Source: Raillietiella orientalis
Taxonomy: Eukaryota
Reading direction: 5' to 3'
Assembly (NCBI GenBank): GCA_036172245.1
Contig: JAYWIR010000012.1
Location: 2,232,001 to 2,296,000, forward strand
DNA length: 64,000 bases
Positions within the stretch are counted from its first letter, which is position 1. Every line of letters starts with the position of its first letter. Under the pieces are notes generated by a model. That model did not search any database. It was not told the origin of the DNA and saw only the letters and a list, made by a program, of their open reading frames with translations. Below, piece by piece: positions 51,501 through 64,000 of the stretch. The position numbers and the translations under genes are program-made.

Positions 51501-54500
51501 TTTAGTGTACGCAAGTTTTTCAATCGAGAGCGTGCTGTGGGTACGCTCATCGACCGAGGAGAGCGCCGACGAAGGAGCGCGCGCCCGAAGGACGCCTCTC
51601 CTCTTACCGCCATCCGGAAAGGCGAGCGTCCGAGTCTTCCTTCCCAAAAATCCGGAGGAACGCACCCTCAACCCTCCTTTCGTCTCGCCTTCTGAACGAG
51701 GCGTCCGTGCCCCGCAGCCGGGCGACCCTTTCCTCCGCCCGCCCTCTCGGCTGGCCTTGCGGTCGGCGAGCTTGGGGAAGTAGTTCCGCCGCCGCCCGCC
51801 CCAGCGGCAGCGCCACCCGCTGCGCGGCGGCCGAACCGGTTCGCCCCTCGAATCCTCTCCCGGCAATCCTCGGACGCAGCTCCTCGTAGTGAGCTGGCTC
51901 TGCGGCGGCGGCGAAGCCGCCAGGGGAACACCACGCTGGGGGGTGGGGCGGTGTGCTACCAGAAACTTCCGAGAGCTAACAAGGCAGGTTCGAAGGGAGG
52001 GGGAGAAGGGAACTCGTCGAGCGGACTTGGGGCGCTGCAACAGGAGCAGTGGGTGGAGCAGGGCGCGCCACGGAGGGTGCAGGCAAAGGACGTTGGGGCT
52101 ACCCCTTTCCAAGAAAGCCCGCAAGAGAATGGGATCCGATGAGATCCGATGACGTCACGGGAGCGTCCCCGGTGACGCAATGGCGGCGGCGGCGGCGGCC
52201 CGCTTCCGCCCCTCAGCGAAGAGCGAGTGCTAGGAAAGGTCTGAGGGCAGGAGTCCTCTGGTCTGCAGCTGCGCTGCCGCATTCTTCCCATCTTCGCTCC
52301 CGGCTCCGCCCAGAGAGTCTTCTCCAGCGGGAAGGAGGAGACGGGCACGCGGTTCGTAACTGATCCAGCACGGGCGCGGGGAAGGGCGCCACACAAAGCC
52401 GTGAAGGTCAAGAGGGAGGGTCTGCCATGCGATTCCCCAGGAGCCGTTTCGGAGAGGTTCCAGCGGGTCGGGCGAACCCATGGCAACGGCTTGACGAAAC
52501 CCAGGACCAGGCTGACGCGCGGACCGGGTTTCCGGGAACCACGCCGCCGCTATTCACCGAGGGGGCGCCCGCCCGCCCACCGGCCAGGGGGCAGAGGGCA
52601 GCCCGTCTTCTTCCTGCGACGGCACCGCCTCTGGTCGGAGTGCAAACCTGACTCGCGAGAGAGCACTGTTGGCACGAGGCGACCTGGAACCGCTGCACAG
52701 GACGATATTGTGGAGGGCAGCGGCCGCCTGGAGTGCCCCCGGAAAGCTCCGCTGCCCGGGTGAGAGGGAGAAAAAGGGGATGCGGTGGAATCTACCTCAT
52801 TCTTTCCAGCTGCCTCGCCCGATGCCTCTTCCCACTCCCACTCTCCTGTCGCAGGAGGCACCAATCGGCCGTCCCGGGTCGACGGATCCGAGCGTTGCCC
52901 AGGCGATGGCGGCGGGGTGTAGCCTCGGCGAGGACTCCCTCCGGAGAGCACCTCTTCTTGCACCGGAGGCTGCACCCGCGTCCTTCCAATCACGTTCCAG
53001 TCCCAGCAGCGCCATCGGCATCCGTGCCGCAGGGACTGGGACGTGATTTTCATATACTATTTTGAGGGGTGGCGAGGAGGTAAGAGGTCACATGTTTTTT
53101 CCTCTGCCCCGACGAGAGAGCCGGACGAAGGAAGCGCGGCGTTCCCGAAGGACGGTTCGGAAGGAGGACTCCTGCGCGTGCAAGAGTCACCCTCCCCACG
53201 AATCCGCGGGGGAGCGCCCTCCGTAGTTCCGCCGCCGTCCGCCACGACGGCAGCTCCACTCGCTGCGCGGCGTCGGTCCGCTCGCCTCACCGTCGTCGCC
53301 GTGGTGCGAGAGCAAGGCCACCCGAAGGGTCCCCTCTCCGGGCGAGAGCCCTGTTCTCTCAGAGGCAGGATGACCACTCTCTCCGGGAATAGGGGCCTCC
53401 TGAGTGCCTTCCGGGCGAGTGCCCACGGCGGCTCGTCAGCCCCGCTCTGACCAACCAGCATCCCGCCGCGTTTCCCGGCTCCTCTCAACTGCCCTACCGC
53501 TTCGGGAAGTCTCTGGATGTTGACACTCTGGGAGCTTCCGGACCGCTGTCCCTTCCTCCCCGTCCCCCCAGGGATCTGCAGCGGCAACCGGAGGTCCTGG
53601 GGGGTGCGTCGGCTGCTTGCTGGTCGTCTTGATCCCGCGCATCTCTCGCGCTCTCCATTCCCGATCTTTGATCTTCCATCCTCCGCAGCGCTGGGATTCC
53701 TCCCTCTCACTCCCGACTCTCACTCCCTTGCCGGGCCTCCCTGGGCTCCCCCAGTGGCTCCCCAGTCCTCGGATTCTAAGAACAAGTCGTGGAGGAACGA
53801 TAAAAGCGATTCTTCCTATCGATGTATGGATCCAGAAAATTCGAATAGGTTTCCTAATGAACCTCAAGAAAATATCAATATCGAAATTGTGATGAGGGAA
53901 CGGGAAACCCGATACGAAAATCCTCCTGCAATCATCATGAGTGGGCCTTGTCTTTTTGCGAGATAACCGGCAGAAGAGACGGAAAGTGATGATCACACTA
54001 CCCAACGTGGATACGGAGTTGGGCCGCCAAGAAACAAAAACAGTCCCTTCGAGTAGGCCACGAGCAAGTTGCAGTGAACGTGGAGGTTGACTTCCTTATG
54101 ATGACCACGTACGGTTGGCTCGAAAGCTTCCGTCCGAAGACGATGATGGGAAGGATACACAAAAGTCGGTCGAAAACGACACGCAAATGGTCCGAACGCA
54201 GCATTTGCAATTTTTCTATTCGTTGAAATTGAATTCAGACTCTTGGAGTGTACTTAGAAAGTGCAAGTGCGTAGATTGGTCTTAAAATTAGCCTCCTCCT
54301 AAAATTAGCTCCATTAAGATTAGTGTCTCCCGGGTGTACTTAGTTTTGCATTCGATGTACGGAGTTCGGTACCAATAACTGCCGTCTTGGGAAGGATCCC
54401 TTCATTATTCGTACTTAGATTTTCATTTGGTGTTTTGTAAAACGACCGGCACTCGTCGCTGCGGTTTTCACAAAGATAGCATTTGCAGATTCCATAAAAA

Positions 54501-56110
54501 AAAAAAATATCCGTGGTACACCTCGCAGAGCATCACTGTAGTAAAACTTGTGTTGTGCGTTTCCTGTGAAAACTTTACTGCATTGAACCCAACTAATTGC
54601 ATTAAGTAGCAGAAACACCAGTCAGTGGCATTATTGGTTTCAATCACAACCTGCAGCTACATAGGGATTTCATTGTATGTGTGGATATATTATGATTAAG
54701 AACCTTTATTTTATTTCATTTTTTTTTTCTAAAGAAACTAAATTGCTTTAATGTATGTCCAAAGAACAAGCGACCAAAGAAATCACCAAATGAACAGCCA
54801 CCCTCCAGTTTGTGTCACTGCTTCAACAGCCTCCTGAAAATGTCCTCCTCCTTTCAAAAGCCTTAACATTGCCAACATGATTTGGTTTGGTTGAGATCTC
54901 TGCAGGAAGGAAAGATTCCCTTTGTGTCCTTTTGCAAACAAAAATTGAGCTTCTCATTTGCAGGGAAGATAAAGTACTTGTGGATAAGAATTATTCATAT
55001 CACTTTCCTGTACTCTTAGTACAGGAGAATAAGTTAGTGGTGATTCATGGTTTGTTGTTATAACAACAGAGTGCCAAAGTAGAGAAACAGTGGCAATTCA
55101 GAAAAAATTCTATTATACTGAATTTAAACTGCTTTCTTTTGTTTTGAAATCTAATATATGCCTTAGAGCATCTGGGCTGTTTCATGAGTGTATGAAACAC
55201 TTAGGGTAGTCATGGATTTGGACCACTCAAGCAGTCTTTTTATCAGGCTTGTGCACAATGGAGTACATCTTCAGTCATCTGTAGCATGCCATAATTTTAT
55301 TTCAAATACAAATTGTATTTAACATGAAACTTAATCCCAAGTCAGGAGTAGCCAAGCCAAATGCAAAGATCTGCCGTGAAAACTTTTACAACTTGCTTTT
55401 GTTTTAAACAGTTACTTAAATCAGTTAATAAATGATTTCATTTTCCACACTGATGACACTGTAAACCAATGATTTATATAAACGAAAGATAATAAAGTAA
55501 AGTTAAAATGTAAAGCACGAATGAAATAAGTTGGAATTTATGTACTTGGGGAGGTAATGTTTATGGATGTGGCAAATAAAAAGCAAACACCTTAACTGGC
55601 TATAAAGAATCTCCCATCGTTGTCATCGTCCGGCAGCAGGGAATATCTCCGGAGGATGCGGCGGCTATTGTCATCAGAACAAAAATGTGTTAAGGTCAAA
55701 GAAAAAACACTGAACCTCGTTTTCTTAGAAGTGTCCTGCCTTGCTCGGAGTGCTTTGGTGGTGCTCCTTCCGCACCAGCGGCAACGAAGTGTTGCCATGC
55801 CGAAACAACTGTTGAGCGTTGAAGAAATCTGTTGCTGCATGCTGCAAAAGAAAAAAAAATCGCTGGTTTCGGGAGATTAATTAAATCTCTTGTGTAGCGA
55901 GTGAAATCTGATTTTGATTAATGCGTTTTATTCCTCTTCCCCTTCGATATACGCCTGCGATTCGTTAACAAAATAAACAGGCTGTGCATAGGCGACTTTC
56001 AAAATCCGGGATGTTACGCGAATGTAATCCAAACCTCTAGCGGTTAATCAAAATCAAAGGCACAGCTGAAAACCATTAGTGTGTTGTAGCCAAGTGGTAT
56101 CTACACTCGC

Positions 56111-56196
56111 AGCCAAATAGTACATGTATTTATAGCCAAATAGTACACGTATTTATAGCCAAGCAGGGTTTGTATTTATAGTCAAACAGCATGTGT
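56111..56196. repeat. 23-bp degenerate minisatellite, about 3.7 copies
   Basis: Unit AGCCAAATAGTACAYGTATTTAT at 56111 and 56134, with degenerate copies at 56157 and 56180. Confidence 0.9.
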
Positions 56197-57620
56197 GCAT
56201 TTAATTGAAAGTGTCAAGGAAAAGCACAAGAACACGGATATCCCGAAGTGTAGTGTATCTGCATTTTTTTTTTATTTTTTCAAGGAGAGGTTGTGGCAAG
56301 GTCCCCATGAAAGAATCCCCATTCGAGTAAGCCAAAGGGCACAACATGAAACATCAACCAGAATTCTGCAAATGTGTAAAAGTTTGACAGGACTGTGTCA
56401 CTTAACAGAGCTCAAAATCCTTTTCGAAAGGAGGATCATGTGATTCATCACGTCACGCTTATTTATAACCTTTTCCGCAAAAACGTTCCTGCTTCCTAGT
56501 GCATACCGTGCATAGAGAGATGCTGGCGTGGGGACGTTGGGGGAACAGCCCCAACAGTTTAAGAATAGTATTCCGAGCAAGAAAGTGTTCGACGAGGAAA
56601 CGCACGTCCGAAAGACGAGATGACAGCGGGGCAGGCTTCCCTGCTTACGGGTGGCGGTGAATCCCGAGTCCCACACACACGCGTGGTGGTAACGATTTCC
56701 GGGTGCTCCGAAGGGTTAAGCAGCATTTCGCGGCTTCGGATCGGGTTCCCGAGGCCTGTTCCGAAATGAGGGAGGGAGGATTCAAACAACCAATAGCGCA
56801 TAGTGGATTGGTTTACTTGAGGGTGTCCGAAGGAAAGGCAAGTTACCGGGGAAAAAAAAAAAAAAGGAAAAACACGCATGAAGCAACTGGATGTAGAAGC
56901 GAATGGTTTAAGCGGAGAAGCAGAACGGGTTTGATTCCATTTGTCCACACGTCGAAGTACGAACTCGCCTTTCGTTCACCTACCAGCATGACCGTCCCGT
57001 AGTCATGCCGCCGCTAAGAATTTTGTTTGATCCGTCCAGATAATTGCTCTGGGATTCCAGCAACCTGGACTCCACGCGGTGCCTTTCGAAGCCTTTGCAT
57101 GGCCGTGTTCTCAGGCGTTGCCAACCGTCCCATTACCTCGGAGATCAGGAACTGCCTCTCGGAATGCCCGCTTTTTTTATTCCGAGGTCAGCAGCAGGAA
57201 TTGTGACATGTCTCGATTCTGCCATGAAACAGTGTATGGAGCGTTCGTAGGGCAGTGTGCGCGCGCGCGCTTACCTGGTTTCTTCTTTTTCGGGGGGACG
57301 ATCTGCCACTCGTTTTTCTCACATTCATCCCGCGTCGATGAGGTAAAAACAATTCGTGTTGCGAACGTCTTGTAAGGTTTACGATGAGCTCTTGCTTAGC
57401 GTACGAACGTAAGTTGTGAACACAGTTGCTGATAAGCACTGCGCTCTTGTCAAGCTGCGCACGAAATACCTCACGAAAGGATATGAACTGTTAAATCATA
57501 CAGAAGAAGAAGGGGAAAAAAAAAATCAGTTAGATAAAGGGATACGCGGACATTAAGAATTAATGGAGGTAGCACGTTCAAATTTACTAATTACTGTATC
57601 ACTAAAGGAATAAAGTCATT

Positions 57621-57670
57621 TCTCTCTCTCTCTCTCTCTCTGTTTATGTTTATATATATATATATATATA
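57621..57670. repeat. (TC)10 and (TA)10 microsatellites
   Basis: Read directly at 57621-57640 and 57651-57670. Confidence 0.97.
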
Positions 57671-58580
57671 AAGAGCGATAATGGCAACAATGAAACACTT
57701 GAAACACGAAAGATTCTCTTTTTCAGGAATGACCAAGTAACATTTCAAATCGACTTCAAGGGAAGGCGGGAAAAAAAATGATGAGCTGAGGTACCATGGA
57801 CAGCAAAGAGTTTTTGGTTAAGGAGACAAAGGAGAATGGCAACCCGGCTAGCTCACGAATAGGAGGAGCCCCGTTATTTGTTTATATGATCTTTCCACAA
57901 GATTTGATCAAAATTTAATGCAACCGTAGCCTTTCGTTCGGGCAAGATGATGCTTTCATGATGCAAATCCGCGTCGCATTTGCCAGTGGCGGTCGCTGAA
58001 GATTCGATGGCACGCGGGTGCTGCGCGCCTCTTTTCCCTCGCACGTAGGAATTTTCAGGGAAACAATTCTTCGCTAATCTTTTCCATCAAATTCTAATTT
58101 GGTTTTCTATTACGTTCTGGTTTCACTGCATGCATGCAGATCCTTCTTTGAGCCTTTGTTCTGCTCAGAATTATGAACGGAATTCCGCATAACCTTTGGA
58201 GGAGCCTGGTGCGCATTTCAGGGGAAGCTCCCCTCATCAAATTCTTGCCCATGTCACACTCTTTTTGAGTAAAGTGTGTTTCATAAAGTGAATTTTCATT
58301 TCTTTTTTCCCACGTGCAGCCATTTCCTTACTTTCTGCTCTCTCCTTATTTCCAACCAGTTGCCTTGGAGTTATTCACTCGCTTGAAACCGGTGATCATC
58401 TGCTTACATCACTGAAATTTATTCCCATCTTCATCAGAGGCGTCCGTTTAATGGGTTGCTACTTTCGTGGAGATTCCATGTAACTCGGAAAGTGGTGGCA
58501 ACTAGGATTTTTTTTTTTTTCTTCCCTTCTTTTCCTTTCCTTTTTCCTTCTAATCTCCCTGGCCTTTTCACACTGTCGCA

Positions 58581-58789
58581 TCTATTTATAGCTTTCCATA
58601 TTGTTGCGTCTATTTATAGCTTTCCACATTGTTGCGTCTATTTATAGCTTTCCACATTGTTGCGTCTATTTATAGCTTTCCACATTGTTGCGTCTATTTA
58701 TAGCTTTCCACATTGTTGCGTCTATTTATAGCTTTCCACATTGTTGCGTCTATTTATAGCTTTCCACATTGTTGCGTCTATTTATAGCT
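58581..58789. repeat. 28-bp minisatellite, about 7.5 near-perfect copies
   Basis: Unit TATTTATAGCTTTCCACATTGTTGCGTC starts at 58583, 58611 ... 58779, head-to-tail with no spacers. Confidence 0.98.
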
Positions 58790-60254
58790 GGTCCGCACAC
58801 AACGTTGCTCGGCTTGGAAAGCGCGGAAGCAATCATGGAAGCATCCATGGAACCAAACAGCAAGGAACACATTTGTCCTCACTCGTGCGATTCTGCGGAT
58901 GTCTCGAAATGCTTTCATAGCATGCGTCTATGACAAATGAACGCTGATTATTCGGCTTTTAATCGATCAACCTGCAAAATATGTAAGGATGCACTTAATT
59001 CAAGAGGCTCCAGTCGTTAGCAAAGCGGAACGGTCAATGAATAAAATTTCCCTCAAGTTCCTTACGGCCGGGAATAATGGATGGCCATCCTGCTTGGATG
59101 AAACAATCCTGCATCGTCAGCGATCGATAGCACAACCAAGGAAAAGGAAACTACATCTCTACGGCATCCCATTCAAACGTTGGCTCGCCGAGAATCAAGG
59201 CTATTAGCCTCCTCCCTTGGCACCTTCGTACTTTGTTTCATTCCTGGTATATCTTTGAGCTTCCAGTCATCTGAAAATGCCTTTGAAAAATTGTGATAAA
59301 AGAGTTGTGTGTGTGTGTGTGTAATGGTCATGTTGTCAGCCCCTGAGCAGATGCCCCTTTTATTACGCAGTTTTGGTCTGCGCTCCTCAGAATGATGAGC
59401 CCAGGCGATGCTGTGACCATCCACGATGTTCCCGGTGCTCTGCGTGCAGCGAGCCAAACCCCCATGCTGCAGCAGCTCCCTCCCTTTCCTGGTACACTTT
59501 GCAGAAGAAGGGAAGCAGGATGAACCAAAAGGTCTTTCAAGGGAACACCAGGGTTGCCTGAGACAGGCCGCTTCTTGGATTGGCCCTTCGAGCGAAGATG
59601 CAGACCTCGGCTCGCCTCGGGGGGAAGCCAGAGACTCGGAAATTTCGGAGGAAACGCCTAAAACTGAGACCCCTTCCCCCTCCCTCTCTCGCCTCCTTCC
59701 TCGACCAGTTCCATCAGTCGATGGCACCGCAGCAAGTGGCACCCGACTGTGAATGCTCGTAGCTGCGCCGCTGATCCGTTGGACGCGAGGACTCCTGGAG
59801 CCAGAGATTCGGGCGCGTTGCGCAGGGCAAGTGAGCGCTGGCGGAGCCGTTCCTCCGCACCGGGCGAAAGCAGCGGCAGCGCACCCTGTGGGAGGCCCCT
59901 AAGCTGCTCTCGCGAACCCACGAGGGAGGGAAGCGCGCTCACCCTCGATCTCCCATCAGGGAAGCAGAGGAGAGGGGGAGATGAGTCCGCGGGCGAAGGC
60001 CGACGGCGGCGCGGTGCGCTCCGCCGAACGCTGCCTGGGGGTGGCAGCACGAGGAGGTCCGCCCTCTGCAAGAGGGGAAGGGAGGGCGCTCTTGTCCAAG
60101 GGTAGACAGAGAAAAGACCTGGGCTGGCACACGGACGCTGCTGCAAGATGGCCCGAGGATGATTATCACCCGGCTATGTCGGGGCATTTCTTACAAAAGG
60201 TGATGAAAATGCATCTGCGTAGTAGGACCCTTGGTTCTACACGTGCAAGAAACC

Positions 60255-60560
60255 TGCTGAAGAGAGGTACTCAAGCGGGCAACGTGGGGGTTTAGGCAGC
60301 ATGGTAAAGAATAATACAAAATAAACAAACAAAGCAGGGGAGGGGAATTTTCACACGGAAGGGGGTCACAGAATGCTGCCAGGCGTCCTCTGCATCCTGG
60401 ATGCTGGCAAGTTCTCGCCTTTCCTGCCCATATCTCGAAGATCCACACCCAGCGGATGGCGTCCCTGCCATTGCAGCCTCTTCTTCCCGAGTTCCAGGAG
60501 GTCAAGATCCACGAAGACCGCAGAGAACTGCGAGGGGCGCACGCGCATGGCAGCAGTGCG
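60255..60560 (-). mobile_element. Family A LINE 3'-end copy (inverted)
   Basis: Minus strand reads NGRDAIRWVWIF, then tgtgaccccc..aaaattccc..T-rich tract, then the tail motif cccgcttgag..acctc shared with ~22786 and ~24382. Confidence 0.6.
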
Positions 60561-63500
60561 GCACCATGCACCAAGAGGCGCTTGGAAATGTTCCTGGAAC
60601 CGCCCTCCGGGATTCCTAGGATCGTCTCAAGGCGACCCCAAAGGGGTCGCCTTGAGACGCATCAGCGCAGTCCAACAGCAGGTACGGGAGGGTCTCCTTC
60701 CTCCCGCACTGAGCGTCCACGCTCCCCCATGTCCAGTGACGAAGACACGCTCTGCACGGGATACCCCCATGCAACGCCAGCAACGCCGACTCCTGTCACT
60801 TGAGGGAGAGGGCTTGACTGCTCCAGCATTCTGGGGGAGGCCATTCACCTCCTCCGGAAGGATGCCGAGCAGCTCTCCCTAGCGTACAAATCCGTGGGAT
60901 GGGACACTCGGGGCCTCAGCGTTCGTGACCCCCCGAGTTGTCCACCCGCTCAGAATTTTCTTCTTTGCGGCTGTGGCACGTCACTTCCCACCTTGTTGGG
61001 ATTACTCTATCCCTTGCGTCCCTTAGGGAGGACAGCATCAGGGCAAGGGATCGAGGTCCTGTGGGATGATGGAACCCTTTTAAGTTCTTTTCTGCCTTCG
61101 CTGCTTCCTTTCCAGCTTTTTTTTTTGATTCGCAATCCCTTAGGAGCCGTCACGCGCCTGGCGGTTTACTCAGTCCTTTGACACGGTCCACGCCACCTGA
61201 GAGTGCGTGTGACTCTCCAGTTGAGGAGACAACCCAAGAGGGACGACCCTACGAATCCAGGAAGGCTTCAAGGAAGGAGTTCCTCCCTCCCACGCCTGGG
61301 TGGAAATCCCGAAGGGAACCCCGACCTGGTTGTCTCCGATGGGAACCCCGCAGGGAACCTCTTCTCCCTGATTCTCTTCGGAAGGACCCCCAGAAACTAG
61401 CCTCTTCTCGCACCCTCCTCTGGAAAGAACCCTGAAGAGACGCTTCCCGATTTCTCCGAGGAGTGCACCACGAAGGGAGCAGCGCGCTTCTTAACCCTCT
61501 GGACAGGCACTGACCAGCTCCATGGAAGGCGATGGAGGGTTGCCCTCGAGGGTGTGAAGGGGTAGCTTCGTTTTTACAATCGGAGGGGAACCCGAGACTC
61601 TCTGATTCCTGGAAGAACTCCCGTCCAGACCAGTCAAAGAGGGAATCCAGGAGCTTCCGGCTCCCACCTGTGCCGCCGCACCCGAATAGGCCAACCAGCG
61701 CCATCCCGGGGGATGGACTCGAAACCCACGGGAAGCACAGCCCATTTCTCGATGTTGCCCCTTCCACGGGAAGGATTCGAACCTGCGACTCCCGGTGCCG
61801 CGGCCGAAACCTTGTGGTGTTCCGTTCTTTCCCGGCGTGTCCCGGGCAATCGCGGCGCCGCTGCCGCTTCCGACGGGGAAGGGGGGGGGGGACTGTTGCT
61901 GAGGGTCCTCGGGGGCGGTTGCTCAGGATGATGAGGCCCGAAAAGGCGCAGTCAAGGCGAAGAGATGTCGGAGCCCCCGAAGAGCGGGCGCAATTCCTCG
62001 TCTCCCTCGGTGGGGAGCCGAGCCGCCCTTCCTCCCCGTCCAGCGCGTAGGACTCCGTTCTTCGTAGGTGGAGGACCCGGACGCCTCGCTCGTGCTGCCT
62101 CCTGGTCAGAAAGAACGCCTGGGAACTGGCGCGGTAGCGCGCGCGATCTCCCGGGGGTGCCGCGACTCGCCGACCAGCTGCGCCGGGGGACGGCGTCGCG
62201 CTCCCACCACAAGCATGCGGAGCGGCCCAGGGAAGCCCTTGCGACTGCCCTCCGAACTGCTGACCTCCGACCTCTCGCGCGCTCGAGGGCACGAGAACCC
62301 CGAGATGCCCCCCTGCGATCTGACTAGAGTCCCTTCCCCCCGCCGCATCAAGGGCGCCCTCCTCCTGGAGTTCCTTCGGAGGTCACGCCCAGGGAGACCA
62401 CGCGGGAAGCTGCGTGAGCCGCGTGCGGGTAACGCGAGCCGACGCGGGGCGCCACCCGCAGAATCCGGGCGGCCGGAAAGCAAAGGGCGGGGCGGAGAGG
62501 CGGAGGGAGGGCTCCTGACGAAAACACGAAAATCTCTTAAAACCTTGGAGCCCGACCAGCATCCCGTCCGGAGATCTGGAAAATCTCCTCCCTTGGAAAC
62601 GAACGGGCGCCGGTTGTCTTCGTCAGAAGAACGCCCGCCGGGCGACGCGCGCGGAGCTCTCTCGCTGGGTGGTACCCCTGCACCCCACCCCAGTCCACCA
62701 GTCTGGCGGAGGAGGAGGATGTTCGGCTGCGCGCGCCAGCGCCAGCGAGGGAGCACTCTCTGCGCGGGGGAGAGCATTGCCTTTGGCGACCGCTGTATTC
62801 CTCCTCGCACTCCCGCCGCCGTCGGGAGCTCCTCCCCCGGCTGGTCCAGATCGGGGCGCGCACTCTGGACCCCTCCTCCAGCTCTTCCCGCCCGCACCGC
62901 GGAAGCGCGCTGGTGGCACTCCCTGCTCCTCCTTTCGGGGTCCCTTCAGCAGCCGAGCGCCCGTGCTTGGTAAATCGCCATGTCCCCGGGGAGGTGCGCG
63001 CACCTTCCGGGTTTCCCTTGCGGTCCTGCGCACTTCTCTTGCGCCGGCCGGGTGAGAGGGAAAAGGAGGGGGGGTCTCTCCCACCCCCGGAAGACCTCCC
63101 CATCGGAGAGCAAGAAGGCGCCGTGCTCCCCTTGACCGTGATCCATCCGTCCGGTTGGGTCTCCCCTTCGAATGCGCGCTCGCTCGCTCGCAGAAGAAGG
63201 GAGAGAGAGCGAGGCGTTGCTGGGAGACCGGGCCACCACCGGAGGCGCTGGACAGGGGCGACGCGGGTCCCTTCTTTCCCCTTCTTGGGTCGGACGGGGT
63301 CGAGCGGGAGGCCAACGAGTGGAGCCACCCCCTACCCTCCTCCGGCACGCCCCCCTGGGATGATTCCCGAAAGCTGCAACGACGGTCCAGCTGGGACCGG
63401 GGCTGTCCCAGGCTGCGACGCCACCGGGGATATCCAGGACGAGGGCGCGAGGGCGCCTGCGACATCCCACCGATACTGTGGCTTCCCTTGCGCTGCGGAG

Positions 63501-64000
63501 CGGGCGAGGAGGACTTCCGCCATTTTGGATCTCCGGAAACGGGGTTCTCCGCTCCTTTCGGGAGCTGCCCAGATTGGCTGGAGAAACCGCATGAGGTCTC
63601 TGCTCCTCCCAGGAGGTGAAGGGTCGGCGGGATTCACCCGCCTCCCCGCCGAAGGGGAGTGGGAGCCAGCAGCGTTGACCCTGTTGGCCCTTCTCCACAA
63701 GGCAACGCTGCTGGGGCGCATTGACTGTGCCATCGGGGAGGCATCTTAAGGGAGGTGTGGGAAGGTCCTGGAAACTGTGTCTCCCCCCCTCCCGCATTTC
63801 CCGCACGTCCGGGGGGGGGAGGCACGGGCGCGCGTCGAAGAGGGAGAAACGCGGGCGAAAGGAGTTCGACCATGGGCAGCTGGGGACGGGGCAGTGGGGT
63901 TCTCCGGAGTGGAGCGGCGGACGGGGGGTGGAGGGAGCGTAAAAGCTCAGGGAGCAGGTCCAGAGCACTCCTCGCCGTTTCCCCAGGAAACGGGCGCGCT

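Noticed and set aside
53780..54230. Possible FLYWCH/MULE-like peptide (AKRQGPLMMIAGGFSYRV, minus strand)
   Set aside because: It lacks the W-x-C and H residues, and the frame is interrupted by stops.
58581..58789. 28-bp repeat array as a CRISPR array
   Set aside because: Units are contiguous with no unique spacers, there are no cas genes, and the context is eukaryotic.
60150..60225. ITRL/SGH..HL LINE C-terminal-like motif on the plus strand
   Set aside because: It requires a frameshift and is too short to support alone.
61755..61830. tRNA gene (GGTTCGAATCC on the minus strand at 61773-61783; similar motifs near 42003, 403 and 33576)
   Set aside because: No cloverleaf or convincing A-box can be built. 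At most these are decayed tRNA-derived SINE heads.

Overview
This is eukaryotic genomic DNA, probably arthropod (inferred from the gene family present). It is mostly GC-rich, with spliceosomal GT-AG introns and no prokaryotic operons, rRNA or CRISPR array. The one host gene I can reconstruct is a minus-strand, multi-exon immunoglobulin-superfamily gene of the Sidestep/nephrin-like type. It has a probable signal-peptide exon at 18767-18842 and Ig exons at 14079-14205, 12692-12897, 12189-12299, 11632-11835 and 593-747, all with compatible splice phases. It either continues off the left edge or ends early at 292-360. Most of the remaining sequence looks like decayed non-LTR retrotransposon: an L1/Tx1-type EN-RT remnant at about 38-39 kb and at least 4-5 diverged 3' ends of one LINE family. 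There is also a 59-bp MITE, two locally duplicated segments, micro/minisatellites and an AT-rich block at about 54-59 kb. The most striking observation is an AT-rich insert of about 180 bp (48349-48528, minus) that translates to a frameshifted fragment of bacterial FabH, a likely horizontal transfer from an endosymbiont. Nearly all long ORFs in the supplied track appear to be GC-bias artefacts. I see no evidence for a complete novel multi-gene system. All assignments are by eye, without database searches.
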